DNA of 64,000 nt from positions 1 through 64,000 of IMG/VR virus record IMGVR_UViG_3300013947_000025. One strand, given 5' to 3'. The stretch comes from a virus. Taxonomy: Duplodnaviria; Caudoviricetes. A program made the position numbers and the translations under genes. Of this stretch, positions 1-9,570 are shown piece by piece (the first letter of the stretch is position 1; every line of letters starts with the position of its first letter). The notes below the pieces were generated by a model that did not search any database, was not told the DNA's origin, and worked only from the letters and a program-made list of their open reading frames with translations.

Positions 1-64
1 ATCGGGTGGGTCCAGGACAAAGGAAGGATTTCCACGCGACGGGTTTTGGATTCCGCGGCGAAAG

Positions 65-424
65 GTGGTGTTTGATGCCGTGGCTAAGAAAAAAGTTGAC
101 TTTAATCAAAAACTGGAGCAGATTCTTGAAGCCGCTTCGAAGACCGGGGCGGATACGAGCCTTTATTATGTGACGACGCTCGACCGGTACAACACGCAGA
201 TCAAAATTCTTGAACAGCTCAAAGCCTCGATTGCCGAGAACGGAATGATCGTCGAGAAGGAGTATGTGAAGAACCGGAAAAACATCGTTGTCAATCCGGC
301 GGTTACGGAGTACAACAAAACTGCTTCTGCGGCGAACCAGACCATCCAGACGCTTATAAAAATCGTGCAGGCTTACAATGACGGAGCTGACATGGCGAGC
401 TCGACCGAGGATGATGAGATGTGA
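65..424 (+). CDS. Terminase small subunit (P27-like)
   Basis: Immediately upstream of and overlapping terL; 'NGMIVEKEYVKNRKNIVVNPAVTEYNK' resembles P27-family TerS; true start may be a few codons downstream. Confidence 0.8.
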   Translation: MVFDAVAKKKVDFNQKLEQILEAASKTGADTSLYYVTTLDRYNTQIKILEQLKASIAENGMIVEKEYVKNRKNIVVNPAVTEYNKTASAANQTIQTLIKIVQAYNDGADMASSTEDDEM

Positions 425-2076
425 CGGGGTGCGCGTTTGTCGATGAGTACATCGACGAGCTGAGATCGGGACGGACGCCGGCTTCGCGCGAGATGCTGCT
501 GGCTTGCGATTATGTCGAGCGGAAGCTTGCCGCGCCGGACGTCTACATCGACGTCGGGAAGACGGAGAAGGCGATCGAGCTTATCGAGCGGTATTTTTCG
601 ATGACGCTGTTTCTGTGGGAGCGGTTCGTTCTCGCCCTCGTCCACTGCTTTCATCGCGACACCGATACGGTCGTCTTTTCGAAATTCCTCATCGTCATGG
701 GGCGCGGAAACGGAAAGAACGGATTTATTTCCGGGCTTGTCTGGTATCTGTCTTCCAAGGCGCATGGGATCGAGGGGTACAACATCGACATTGTCGCGAA
801 TTCGGAGGATCAGGCGAAGACCTCGTTCGAGGACGTCTACCGGATGCTCGAGAGGACGAAGCGGAAATCGCAGAAGTTTTTCCGTTGGACGCTGGAGAAG
901 ATCACGAACACCGATACCGGAAGCTATATCAAGTACAATACGTCGAATGCGCGGACGAAGGACGGTAAACGTCCCGGCTGTCTGGTCTTCGACGAGATTC
1001 ACGAGTACGAGAATTATGAGCGGATCAAGGTGCTCAAATCTGGTTTCGGTAAAGTCGAGCACGCGCGCGAGTTTTACATCACGACGAACGGCTATGTCCG
1101 GGAGGGCGTCATCGACGAGGAAATGCGGATCGCGCACGACATCCTGAACGGAGTCATCGAGGACTCGCGAGAGCTGCCGCTGATCTGGAAGCTCGACGAT
1201 GAATCGGAGATGGATGACCCAGCTTGCTGGGTCAAGGCGAATCCTTCACTTCCTTTTCGCCCGATTCTCCGGCAGGAGATGGAGGAGAACTACCGTGAAA
1301 GCAAGGTTAGTCAGGAGGCGCGAATCGACCTTCTCACGAAGCGATTCAATCTGCCGAGATCAAATCCGGAGCTTACAGTGAGTGACTATGAAAACATCGC
1401 GGCGACGAACAAGCCGCTTGATATTCGTCCCGGCTCGCCCTGCACGGTCGGACTTGATTATGCAGAGTTCAGCGACTGGGCGGCGATCAATTTCCACTTC
1501 CGTGACGGTCAGAGGCGGCTCGACCTGAATCACGCCTGGATATGCCGGGATTCTCCGACGCTCGGGCGCGTGAAAGCCCCGTGGCAGAAATGGGTTGATC
1601 AAGGGCTTTGCACCTTTGTCGAGGATGTCTCGATCTCGCCTGAGCTGCTCGCCGACTATATCGCGACGATGGGGCGGCAGTACACGATCCGGATGCTGGC
1701 AATGGATAACTTCCGCTGGTCGGCGATGTCCGACGCTCTGCGGAAAATCGGCTTTGACGCGAATGACAAGAAGCGTGTGAAGCTTGTCCGACCTTCGGAT
1801 ATTATGCGAACCGATCCGACGATTCAGCTGTGCTTTACCCGAGGGCTGTTTGTATGGGGAGATAATCCGTGTCTGAGGTGGGCGACGAACAACACGAAGC
1901 GCGTCAGATCGTCGCAGCGCGTCGGGTGCGATACCGGAAACTTTATCTATGCGAAGATCGAGGGAAAAAGCCGGAAGACAGACCCTTTTATGGCTCTCGT
2001 CGCGTCGATGACTTGCGAGGAAGTCCTCGGCAGCGGACGTGTTGAGATGCCGAAGATCGGAGTTATAAAAATCTGA
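421..2076 (+). CDS. terL: Terminase large subunit
   Basis: 551 aa; Walker A GRGNGKN, Walker B VFDEIH, KANPSL, C-terminal nuclease GLD...KTDPFMA. Confidence 0.95.
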   Translation: MTGCAFVDEYIDELRSGRTPASREMLLACDYVERKLAAPDVYIDVGKTEKAIELIERYFSMTLFLWERFVLALVHCFHRDTDTVVFSKFLIVMGRGNGKNGFISGLVWYLSSKAHGIEGYNIDIVANSEDQAKTSFEDVYRMLERTKRKSQKFFRWTLEKITNTDTGSYIKYNTSNARTKDGKRPGCLVFDEIHEYENYERIKVLKSGFGKVEHAREFYITTNGYVREGVIDEEMRIAHDILNGVIEDSRELPLIWKLDDESEMDDPACWVKANPSLPFRPILRQEMEENYRESKVSQEARIDLLTKRFNLPRSNPELTVSDYENIAATNKPLDIRPGSPCTVGLDYAEFSDWAAINFHFRDGQRRLDLNHAWICRDSPTLGRVKAPWQKWVDQGLCTFVEDVSISPELLADYIATMGRQYTIRMLAMDNFRWSAMSDALRKIGFDANDKKRVKLVRPSDIMRTDPTIQLCFTRGLFVWGDNPCLRWATNNTKRVRSSQRVGCDTGNFIYAKIEGKSRKTDPFMALVASMTCEEVLGSGRVEMPKIGVIKI

Positions 2077-2094
2077 GGCGCGAGGGAGAAGACA

Positions 2095-2490
2095 ATGATC
2101 AATGAAATGATACTGCAAGGGCGGCTTGTCGCCGATCCGGAACTTAAATCGACGCAGAGCGGCGTGTTCTGGTGCGATTTCACAGTCGCCTGGAGCAAGA
2201 AATACAAGGAGAACGAGGAAGTCTGCTTCATGCCCTGCCGGGCATGGAGACAGTCGGCTGAGTTTGTCTCGAAGTATTTCCGGAAGGGCGACCAAATTGC
2301 CGTCGTCGGCAAGATGGTCACGCAGTCGTGGCAGGACAAGGACGGGCAGAAAAAATCGAAGCTGCTTTGCAAAATCACGGAAGCGAATTTCTGCGGTTCG
2401 AAATCGCAGTCGCAGCCGGCGGCGGGAATGCCGGGGATGGATGCGCCGCAGTTTGAGCTTATCGAAGATGAGGAAGAGCTACCGTTTTGA
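2095..2490 (+). CDS. ssb: Single-stranded DNA-binding protein
   Basis: 'LQGRLVADPELKST' OB-fold start and acidic 'EEELPF' C-terminal tail. Confidence 0.93.
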   Translation: MINEMILQGRLVADPELKSTQSGVFWCDFTVAWSKKYKENEEVCFMPCRAWRQSAEFVSKYFRKGDQIAVVGKMVTQSWQDKDGQKKSKLLCKITEANFCGSKSQSQPAAGMPGMDAPQFELIEDEEELPF

Positions 2491-2499
2491 GGTGAGAGA

Positions 2500-3492
2500 A
2501 TGAAGCATCTGGGTGATATTACGAAAATCTGCGGAGATGAGATCGAGCCCGTCGACTGCATCGTAGGCGGTTCGCCATGCCAGGATCTGAGCGTGGCAGG
2601 AAAACGCGCCGGGCTGTCCGGCGCACGTTCCGGACTTTTCATGGAGCAAATCAGAATCGTCAAGGAGATGAGAAAGAAGCATGGAAAACCAAGATACATG
2701 GTCTGGGAGAACGTCCCTGGAGCGTTCAGCTCCAACAGCGGAGAGGACTTCCGGGCGGTCCTCGAAGAAACGATCAGAATCGCGAATGAGTCAGCGGTTG
2801 TTGTTCCTCGACCTCCGAGGGGGGGCTGGACAAACGCCGGATGCGTCATGGGAGACGGGTACTCGGTCGCTTGGCGGCTCCATAATGCTCAGTTTTGGGG
2901 AGTCCCCCAGAGTCGCCGCAGAATCGCGCTTGTCGCAGATTTTGGAGGAGAATCCGCGCCCGAAATTCTTTTTGAGCGAGAGGGCGAAGAGACATCTTTT
3001 GATCTGGCTGCTCCAGAGAGGACTTCCGGTCGATCCGGAGTTTGGCGCGATACTTATGCGGTGCAGGGAAACCACATCAACCGATCCGACCACAGAATGA
3101 ACTCGGCGGGCTACAGGCTGAATACCGGATATACGATGACGCTGGTGGATCGGAACTGCGTCGCATATGACGACGTACTTCGATGGCTGACCCCGCTTGA
3201 ATGCGAACGGATGCAAGGCTTTCCGGACGATTGGACCAATATCGAGGGCGCGAGTGATGCGCGAAGGTATGAGGCGCTCGGCAACTCAATCGCGCTGCCT
3301 TTCTGGCGGTGGATGTTCCGCCGGATGGCTGGACGCCTTCCGCCCGGCGCGAAGCTTGGCAGCCTGTTCGACGGCATCGGTGGATTCCCGCTTTTATGGC
3401 AGGAGATTCATGGCGATGGGACAGCGCGATGGGCGAGCGAAATAAATGAGTTTGGAATCGCCGTGACGAAGCGGCATTTCGGAGAGGGGTGA
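2500..3492 (+). CDS. DNA (cytosine-5)-methyltransferase, circularly permuted
   Basis: GDITKI, GGSPCQDLS (IV), WENVPG (VI), PQSRRR (VIII), LTPLECERMQGFP (IX), LGNS (X), with SAM motif I 'SLFDGIGGF' at the C-terminus. Confidence 0.93.
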   Translation: MKHLGDITKICGDEIEPVDCIVGGSPCQDLSVAGKRAGLSGARSGLFMEQIRIVKEMRKKHGKPRYMVWENVPGAFSSNSGEDFRAVLEETIRIANESAVVVPRPPRGGWTNAGCVMGDGYSVAWRLHNAQFWGVPQSRRRIALVADFGGESAPEILFEREGEETSFDLAAPERTSGRSGVWRDTYAVQGNHINRSDHRMNSAGYRLNTGYTMTLVDRNCVAYDDVLRWLTPLECERMQGFPDDWTNIEGASDARRYEALGNSIALPFWRWMFRRMAGRLPPGAKLGSLFDGIGGFPLLWQEIHGDGTARWASEINEFGIAVTKRHFGEG

Positions 3493-3496
3493 CTTT

Positions 3497-4705
3497 ATGG
3501 GGTTCTGGGACTGGATTATTCCGGGACGCAAGAAAACGGTATATCTCGACACCCCGGTGTCTGAGCTTGCGAATACCGCGCTGCAATGCTCAGCGGCGAA
3601 CGCGGCTTTCGCATCCTGCGTTAATATGATCGCGAACACTATTTCGCGATGCTCGATCCGGACTTTTGTCAAGGGCGAGGAAGAGCGCGGGCGCGACTGG
3701 GTGCTTTGGAACATCGAGCCGAACGTGAATCAGAACGCGACGGTTTTTTGGCACAAGCTTGTGACGAAGCTGCTTGCCGAGGGCGAGGCTCTCGTCGTGC
3801 CGACGCAGAGAACCGACGGCGTGAATCGCGGCGTCGCCGCGTGGTGCGTGGCTGACGGCTTTACCGAGCCGGAGATATACCCGGCGAAGATGTGTCAGTA
3901 CGAAGGCGTGACCGTCGGCGCGGTGACCTATGACAAGGTCTTCCGTGAAAATGAGGTTTTGCATCTCGTTCTGAGTCACATTGACACGAAGCCACTGCTT
4001 GACGCTGTGAACGCGTCGTACAGCAAGCTTTTACAGATCGCGATGAAGGATTACAGCTGGGGGCATGGACAGCACTGGAAAGTCCATGTGGATCAGATGG
4101 CGTCGGGCGCGGACGATTTCGAGGCGGCTGTCGCGAAGCTTATCGCCGATCAGGTTAAGCCGTTCTTTGACACCGATAACTCGGTTCTGCCGGAGTTTGA
4201 CGGCTATCTGTATGAGCGGGTAACGACCGAGGCAAAGGACGCGCGGGAGATCAAAAACATCATCGACGACATCTACGCGAACACTGCGCGGGCGTTTCTG
4301 ATCCCTCCGGTCCTGCTCGCCGGGAACGTCGCCGGAGTCGGCGAAGTGAATTCACAGTTTTTGACCTACTGCATCGACCCGATATGCAGGCAGATCGAAA
4401 ACGAAATCAACCGCAAGTGTTACAGCTTCGCGGAGTTCGCCGAGGGGACGCGCGTTACGTGCGACTCGTCGACGATCATGCACTTTGATATCTTCGGCAC
4501 TGCGTCGGCGGTCGAAAAAGCCGTCGGTTCGGGCGCGTTCACTATCAACGACGTCCGGAGAGCCGCGGGACAGCCGACGATAAATGAGGATTGGGCCGAC
4601 CGATCCTATATGACCAAGAATCTCGGTCCTACTGTCATAGATGAGGGAGGTGAACAAAATGAAACGAATGTGGGAAATCAAGAATCAGGCGGAGAAAACG
4701 CTTGA
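3497..4705 (+). CDS. Portal protein (HK97-type)
   Basis: 402 aa upstream of the protease; 'NIEPNVNQNA..FW', 'ARAFLIPPVLL', 'GAFTINDVRRAAG'. Confidence 0.92.
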   Translation: MGFWDWIIPGRKKTVYLDTPVSELANTALQCSAANAAFASCVNMIANTISRCSIRTFVKGEEERGRDWVLWNIEPNVNQNATVFWHKLVTKLLAEGEALVVPTQRTDGVNRGVAAWCVADGFTEPEIYPAKMCQYEGVTVGAVTYDKVFRENEVLHLVLSHIDTKPLLDAVNASYSKLLQIAMKDYSWGHGQHWKVHVDQMASGADDFEAAVAKLIADQVKPFFDTDNSVLPEFDGYLYERVTTEAKDAREIKNIIDDIYANTARAFLIPPVLLAGNVAGVGEVNSQFLTYCIDPICRQIENEINRKCYSFAEFAEGTRVTCDSSTIMHFDIFGTASAVEKAVGSGAFTINDVRRAAGQPTINEDWADRSYMTKNLGPTVIDEGGEQNETNVGNQESGGENA

Positions 4706-5453
4706 CCTTTACATCTATGGTGAGGTCGAGGGCGATTATTGGAGCTTCTGGACTGGTGAGAAAGTCGAGTCGGAAACCTCGGCGAACACTTTTCGCGACA
4801 AGCTCGCGGAGGCGGGCGACCTCGACGAGATACACGTCTATATCAATTCCGAAGGCGGCTCGGTGATGGAGGGGACGGCTATCTACAGCCAGCTCCGCCG
4901 GAACAAGGCGAAAAAGATCGTACATATCGACGGCTTTGCCTGCTCGATCGCGGCTCTGATCGCGGCTGCCGGAGATGAAGTTATCATCGCGCCGAACGCG
5001 CTGATGATGGTTCACAACGCATGGTCGCGAGCCGTTGGAAATTCGCGCGAGCTTCGCAAGGCTGCCGACGATCTCGAAAAGATCAACGCGGCGCAGCGGA
5101 CGGCGTTCCTCCGGAAAGCCGGGGACAAGCTGTCCGAGGATAAGCTTATCGAGCTTATGGACGCGGAATCGTGGCTCAACGCCGACGACTGCATCAGATA
5201 CGGACTTGCCGACCGCGTCGGTGAGGAGAACGCCGACATGAGCGGCGCTGTCGCGAAGATGCAGAAAGCCGCGGAGAGTTTGCAGAGCCGGATAAGCTTT
5301 TGTAAATCGCTCGCGGCGCAGCTCCGGACACTCTCGGCTCTGCCGGCTGAAAAGGCGGCGGATAAAACTCCCGGGACAAAACTGGAGACTCCCGCTCCCG
5401 AACCCCAAAATGAGCCGAACGCGCTTATAAAGACGCTTGCCGGACTCAAGTAA
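4659..5453 (+). CDS. ClpP-like head maturation protease
   Basis: 'YINSEGGSV', 'IDGFACSIA', 'MMVHNAW', 'ESWLNADDCIRYGLAD'; ATG at 4659 has a GGAGG RBS. Confidence 0.93.
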   Translation: MKRMWEIKNQAEKTLDLYIYGEVEGDYWSFWTGEKVESETSANTFRDKLAEAGDLDEIHVYINSEGGSVMEGTAIYSQLRRNKAKKIVHIDGFACSIAALIAAAGDEVIIAPNALMMVHNAWSRAVGNSRELRKAADDLEKINAAQRTAFLRKAGDKLSEDKLIELMDAESWLNADDCIRYGLADRVGEENADMSGAVAKMQKAAESLQSRISFCKSLAAQLRTLSALPAEKAADKTPGTKLETPAPEPQNEPNALIKTLAGLK

Positions 5454-5474
5454 AAACCAGAAAGGAAAACAAAA

Positions 5475-6929
5475 ATGGACATGAAGAAAATCAGATCCCG
5501 CGATGAAATCAGGGCATCCATGATGGAGGCTCTCAAGGCGGGAGACACCGAAGCTTATGTCGCGGCTTTTGACGAAATCTGCGACATGATCTCGAACGAC
5601 ATCCGTGCTGAGGTGGATCAGTACCGCGCGGAGCAGGACACCGAAATCCTCGCGAATCGCGGCGTCAGACAGCTCACCTCCGAGGAGAAGACCTACTACG
5701 CCAAGGTCATCGAGGCGATGCGCTCCGCTGACCCGAAGATGGCTCTCACGAACCTCGACGTCGTCATGCCGTACACCATCATTGACTCGGTCTTCGACGA
5801 GCTGCGCACAAATCACCCGCTGCTGTCGAAAATCCGTTTCATGGCGACCAACGGCGTCGTTAAGATGCTCGTAAACACTAACGGCGAGCAGAAGGCGGTC
5901 TGGGGAAATCTTACTGACGCAATCACGAAGGAGCTGGCATCCGGCTTCAAGGAGGTCGACACCACGCTCCTCAAGCTGTCCGCGTTTCTGCCGGTCGCGA
6001 AGTCGATGCTCGATCTCGGTCCTACATGGCTTGACCGCTATGTCCGCGAGGTGCTTTATGAGGCACTGGCGAATGGGCTCGAAGCGGGTCTGGTCGATGG
6101 CGATGGAAAGACCGAGCCGATCGGAATGTCCCGTGTCGCCGATGAAAGCAAGACTTCTGGCGGCGTATATCCTCGCAAGGCAAAGATCACCGTGAACGAT
6201 CTCAGCACCGAGACTATGGGCAAGCTCGCGGCATTGCTGGCGAAGGACAGGAACGGCAAGAGCCGCAAGGTCAGCAATTTCATCCTGATCGTCAATCCGC
6301 AGGACTACTATGAGAAGGTAATGCCCGCGACCACACTGCTGACTCCTGGTGGAGATTTCCGCCGCGATGTACTCCCGTTGCCGACCGATGTCGTCGAGTC
6401 CTCGGCACTTGAGCGCGGCGAGGCGATCTTCGGCATCGCAAGCCGTTATCAGGCTTTCGCGGGTACTTCGAAGGACGGAAACATCCTTTACTCGGACGAT
6501 TACAAGTTCTTAGAGGATCAGCGCGTCTACCTCATCAAGACATACGCTAACGGCTTGCCTCTTGATGACAACTCGTTTTTACTGCTCGACATCGACGGAC
6601 TGCGTCCGCAGGTGCTCACCGTCCAGCAGGAGACCGCGCCGACCGCGTCGAATGACGCTACTCTCTCGGCTCTCAACGGTCTGACGCTCACGCCGACCTT
6701 TGCGGCTGCGACCACTACTTACACCGCTACGACCTCCAACGCGTCGGACGTCATCACGGCGATTCCGAACAACATCCACGCTGAGGTTGAAGTACTCCTC
6801 GGAACGAAGCAGGTCGACAACGGCTCGGCGATCGAGTGGGCTACCGGCTCGAACACCCTTAAGGTCAACGTCGTCGCTGAGGACGGCACGACCAAGAAGA
6901 CTTACACCGTCACGGTGACCAAGTCGTGA
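5475..6929 (+). CDS. Major capsid protein (HK97 fold) with C-terminal Ig/cadherin-like beta-sandwich
   Basis: Follows the protease; capsid-like core; last ~90 aa 'SNDATLSAL...TPTF...TYT...VVAEDGTTKKTYTVTVTK'. Confidence 0.9.
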   Translation: MDMKKIRSRDEIRASMMEALKAGDTEAYVAAFDEICDMISNDIRAEVDQYRAEQDTEILANRGVRQLTSEEKTYYAKVIEAMRSADPKMALTNLDVVMPYTIIDSVFDELRTNHPLLSKIRFMATNGVVKMLVNTNGEQKAVWGNLTDAITKELASGFKEVDTTLLKLSAFLPVAKSMLDLGPTWLDRYVREVLYEALANGLEAGLVDGDGKTEPIGMSRVADESKTSGGVYPRKAKITVNDLSTETMGKLAALLAKDRNGKSRKVSNFILIVNPQDYYEKVMPATTLLTPGGDFRRDVLPLPTDVVESSALERGEAIFGIASRYQAFAGTSKDGNILYSDDYKFLEDQRVYLIKTYANGLPLDDNSFLLLDIDGLRPQVLTVQQETAPTASNDATLSALNGLTLTPTFAAATTTYTATTSNASDVITAIPNNIHAEVEVLLGTKQVDNGSAIEWATGSNTLKVNVVAEDGTTKKTYTVTVTKS

Positions 6930-7249
6930 TCCGGCGGCGGGATTCTCTTCCTGCCGAGCTGGTCGAAGATGTAAAGGCATTCCTCGGGATCACGTGGTAC
7001 GATGATGTGACCGAACGGAAGATCATCGGACTTATCGGCTCGGGGATGGCTTACATCGACAGCAAGTACGGCGGCGAAGCCGACTACGAATCGGACGGAC
7101 TGCCCCGGACGCTGCTGATGGAGTATGTGCGCTACGCGAGGGATTCGGCACTTGATGTTTTTGAAAACAACTACACGTCGATGATTCTCGCGATGCGGCA
7201 CGAAAGGCAGGTGGCGAAGTTTGAGAACGCACAGAATCCCGAATCGTGA
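6926..7249 (+). CDS. Head-tail connector (gp6-like)
   Basis: Synteny; 'VKAFLGITWYDD', 'LLMEYVRY'. Confidence 0.8.
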   Translation: MIRRRDSLPAELVEDVKAFLGITWYDDVTERKIIGLIGSGMAYIDSKYGGEADYESDGLPRTLLMEYVRYARDSALDVFENNYTSMILAMRHERQVAKFENAQNPES

Positions 7250-7583
7250 CAGGAATGAAATTTCACAGACCTACAACGACGGGATTGTGAGGATATACAG
7301 CGTCGAGGACGGAGCAGACCCGGGGCATATGCCCGAGGAGAAGCTGACGCTGAAAGCGCAGCTTTTGTACGCCGAGCAGCGGGTAGGAATTTCGCGGTTT
7401 TACACCGCACAGCAGTACCACGATGACGTCGAACGGCTTGTGCGCGTTCAGCGCGCCGGAGTGATCGCGAACCGCGATATCGCCGTGACCGAGGACGGAC
7501 AGCGGTATAACATCGCGATGGTGCAGACCGTTGAGAATTCCTTCCCACCGTCGCTCGATATCACCCTGACGAGGATAAAATGA
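7221..7583 (+). CDS. Head closure / head-tail adaptor
   Basis: Synteny, size and beta-rich sequence. Confidence 0.7.
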   Translation: MRTHRIPNRDRNEISQTYNDGIVRIYSVEDGADPGHMPEEKLTLKAQLLYAEQRVGISRFYTAQQYHDDVERLVRVQRAGVIANRDIAVTEDGQRYNIAMVQTVENSFPPSLDITLTRIK

Positions 7584-7936
7584 TGAGCTGGGTAAAGAAA
7601 ATTATCGACGCACATCTCGCGGTGACCGATAAAGTCTCGCGGTATCGGCGGCTGAAGTCCGACCGCTACTTCGTCTGGGCTGAGGACGGGACGAACGATC
7701 TCTTTTCGGACGGCTCGCACGCTGAGCGGGCGATTGTCGGCACAACCGATCTTTACACAAAAATCGAGGATGACCCGTGGCGAGAAGAGCTTGAAGCGGC
7801 TTTCGAAGCCGCGGGTATTCCTTTTTACCGGAACTCGGTGCAATATGAAGAGGAAACCGGATACATCCACACCGAGTGGGTCTGGGAGGTGGTCGACGAT
7901 GGCGGTAATCAGGTTCAGAAAGCTCCGGGAGTATGA
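7580..7936 (+). CDS. Tail terminator/completion-like protein
   Basis: Synteny; 'DLYTKIE', 'YEEETGYIH'. Confidence 0.65.
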   Translation: MMSWVKKIIDAHLAVTDKVSRYRRLKSDRYFVWAEDGTNDLFSDGSHAERAIVGTTDLYTKIEDDPWREELEAAFEAAGIPFYRNSVQYEEETGYIHTEWVWEVVDDGGNQVQKAPGV

Positions 7937-8399
7937 GCTGATGCTCGGAAAGCTCGGCAGCGCGTCGAAAGACATATGCGGCGAGGCGATATACGAAGGC
8001 GCGAAGATCGTCGCGGACGAGGTCAAAAACAATCTCGACTCGCTTAACGTCACGACCGACACGCTTGCGATGCAGAAGGCGAAAGCGGGTGAGCCGACCT
8101 ACATCACGCAGCGGGCAAAGGAGGGACTTATAAAGTCCTTCGGCGTCACGCCGATGCAGAAAGACCGGGACGGCATTTACAATGTAAAGCTCGGCTTTGA
8201 CGGCTACAATGATGTAAAGACCAAAAAATGGCCCAAGGGACAGCCTAATCAGCTTATCGCACGGGCGTGCGAGTCGGGGTCGTCGGCGATGATCAAACAG
8301 CCGTTCTTCCGGCAGGCGGTACAGAAAACAAGACGAAAAGCCGAGGCGAAAATGGCTGAGGTTCTGGACGAAAAAATCAAGAAAACAGGAGGATTTTAA
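7899..8399 (+). CDS. HK97 gp10-like neck protein
   Basis: 'AIYEGAKIVADE', 'ESGSSAMIKQPFFRQA'; ATG 7899 with GGAGGT RBS. Confidence 0.75.
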   Translation: MAVIRFRKLREYELMLGKLGSASKDICGEAIYEGAKIVADEVKNNLDSLNVTTDTLAMQKAKAGEPTYITQRAKEGLIKSFGVTPMQKDRDGIYNVKLGFDGYNDVKTKKWPKGQPNQLIARACESGSSAMIKQPFFRQAVQKTRRKAEAKMAEVLDEKIKKTGGF

Positions 8400-8401
8400 T
8401 C

Positions 8402-9004
8402 ATGGCAGTTGTGGGAGTGTGCAAACCCTACTACGCGAAGTATTCGAACTCCGGAAGCACGGTGACCTATTCCGGCGGCGGAGTCATGGGAAAGGCGGTC
8501 GAGCTTTCGGCGGAGATCGAGGCGTCGGACAACAACAATCTTTACGCCGACAACGCTATCGCGGAGTCGGAAAAGACCTTTTCGAGCGGAACGCTCGGGC
8601 TTACGACCGATGATCTCGAACAGGCGGCATCGAAGGACATTCTCGGGCTTAAGGAAGAGACGATCACCGGAATTGATGGCGTTACCGACACGTCGGTAAA
8701 AGAGCTTATTTACGACGACGATCAGCAGACACCTTATCTCGGGGTTGGTATTATCATCAAAAAAATCAAAGGCGGCGTCACGAAGTGGCGGGCGATTGTC
8801 TTTACGAAGGTGCAGTTCGCCGTTCCGTCCGACTCGGCGACAACTCAGGGCGAGACGATCGAGTGGCAGACCCCCGAGATATCCGGAACGATCATGCGCG
8901 ATGACTCGGCGAAGCACGCGTGGAAGAAGGAAGCGACCTTTACGACCGAAGCACAGGCTGAGGCGTACATAAAGGCGCGTCTTAACATCACGGAGGCGGC
9001 ATAA
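8402..9004 (+). CDS. Major tail protein (phi13-like)
   Basis: 'LYADNAIAE', 'TPYLGVGII', 'TQGETIEWQTPEISGT'. Confidence 0.9.
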   Translation: MAVVGVCKPYYAKYSNSGSTVTYSGGGVMGKAVELSAEIEASDNNNLYADNAIAESEKTFSSGTLGLTTDDLEQAASKDILGLKEETITGIDGVTDTSVKELIYDDDQQTPYLGVGIIIKKIKGGVTKWRAIVFTKVQFAVPSDSATTQGETIEWQTPEISGTIMRDDSAKHAWKKEATFTTEAQAEAYIKARLNITEAA

Positions 9005-9384
9005 TGCGGACGGCTGAAATCACCTTAAACGGCGTTAAATATCCGATGTGCTTTTCGCTCCGCGTCGTCCGCGCGTGCAACGAGCGGTATGGCGGCATCG
9101 AGAACATCGAGAGCGCGCTTCGCGATGGTGGCGCGGGAAAGACAATGGACGAGGCGATCTGGCTTTTACACGCGCTGATCGACGGCGGCGTCAGACACGC
9201 GAGAGCGTCGGGTGAGAACGCGCCGGACGCGCCGGAGCTTGACGGGATGCTTGACATCTGCGACATCGGCGATTTCGCCGGGCTGAAGGACAGGATCATG
9301 GAGACCATGACGGCGGGGAGTGCTCCCGCTGTGGCGGTGGAGACTGACTCAAAAAACGCCGAAGCCGCTCGGGCGGGAGTCTGA
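9004..9384 (+). CDS. Tail assembly chaperone (G-like)
   Basis: Between major tail and tape measure genes; slippery A AAA AAC at 9351-9357. Confidence 0.8.
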   Translation: MRTAEITLNGVKYPMCFSLRVVRACNERYGGIENIESALRDGGAGKTMDEAIWLLHALIDGGVRHARASGENAPDAPELDGMLDICDIGDFAGLKDRIMETMTAGSAPAVAVETDSKNAEAARAGV

Positions 9385-9557
9385 CGCCTGAGTGGTTTAT
9401 GTGGTACGCTTTGTCGATGGGGCTCGGGTATGACCGGGCTCTCGACCTGCCTTTCGGAGAGATTCTGACCCTTGTCGCGATTGAGCAGATCAAGCACGAG
9501 GGCGCGAAGCTCGCCGGGGAGAGCGACGATGAAGAGATCATACCTGATGTGCCGTGA
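9351..9557 (+). CDS. -1 frameshift extension of the tail assembly chaperone (GT-like)
   Basis: -1 frame open from the slippery site to TGA at 9555-9557: KRRSRSGGSLTPEWFMWYALSMGLGYDRALDLPFGEILTLVAIEQ...DVP. Confidence 0.75.
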   Translation, partial: KKRRSRSGGSLTPEWFMWYALSMGLGYDRALDLPFGEILTLVAIEQIKHEGAKLAGESDDEEIIPDVP

Positions 9558-9570
9558 GGAGGTGAGCTGA

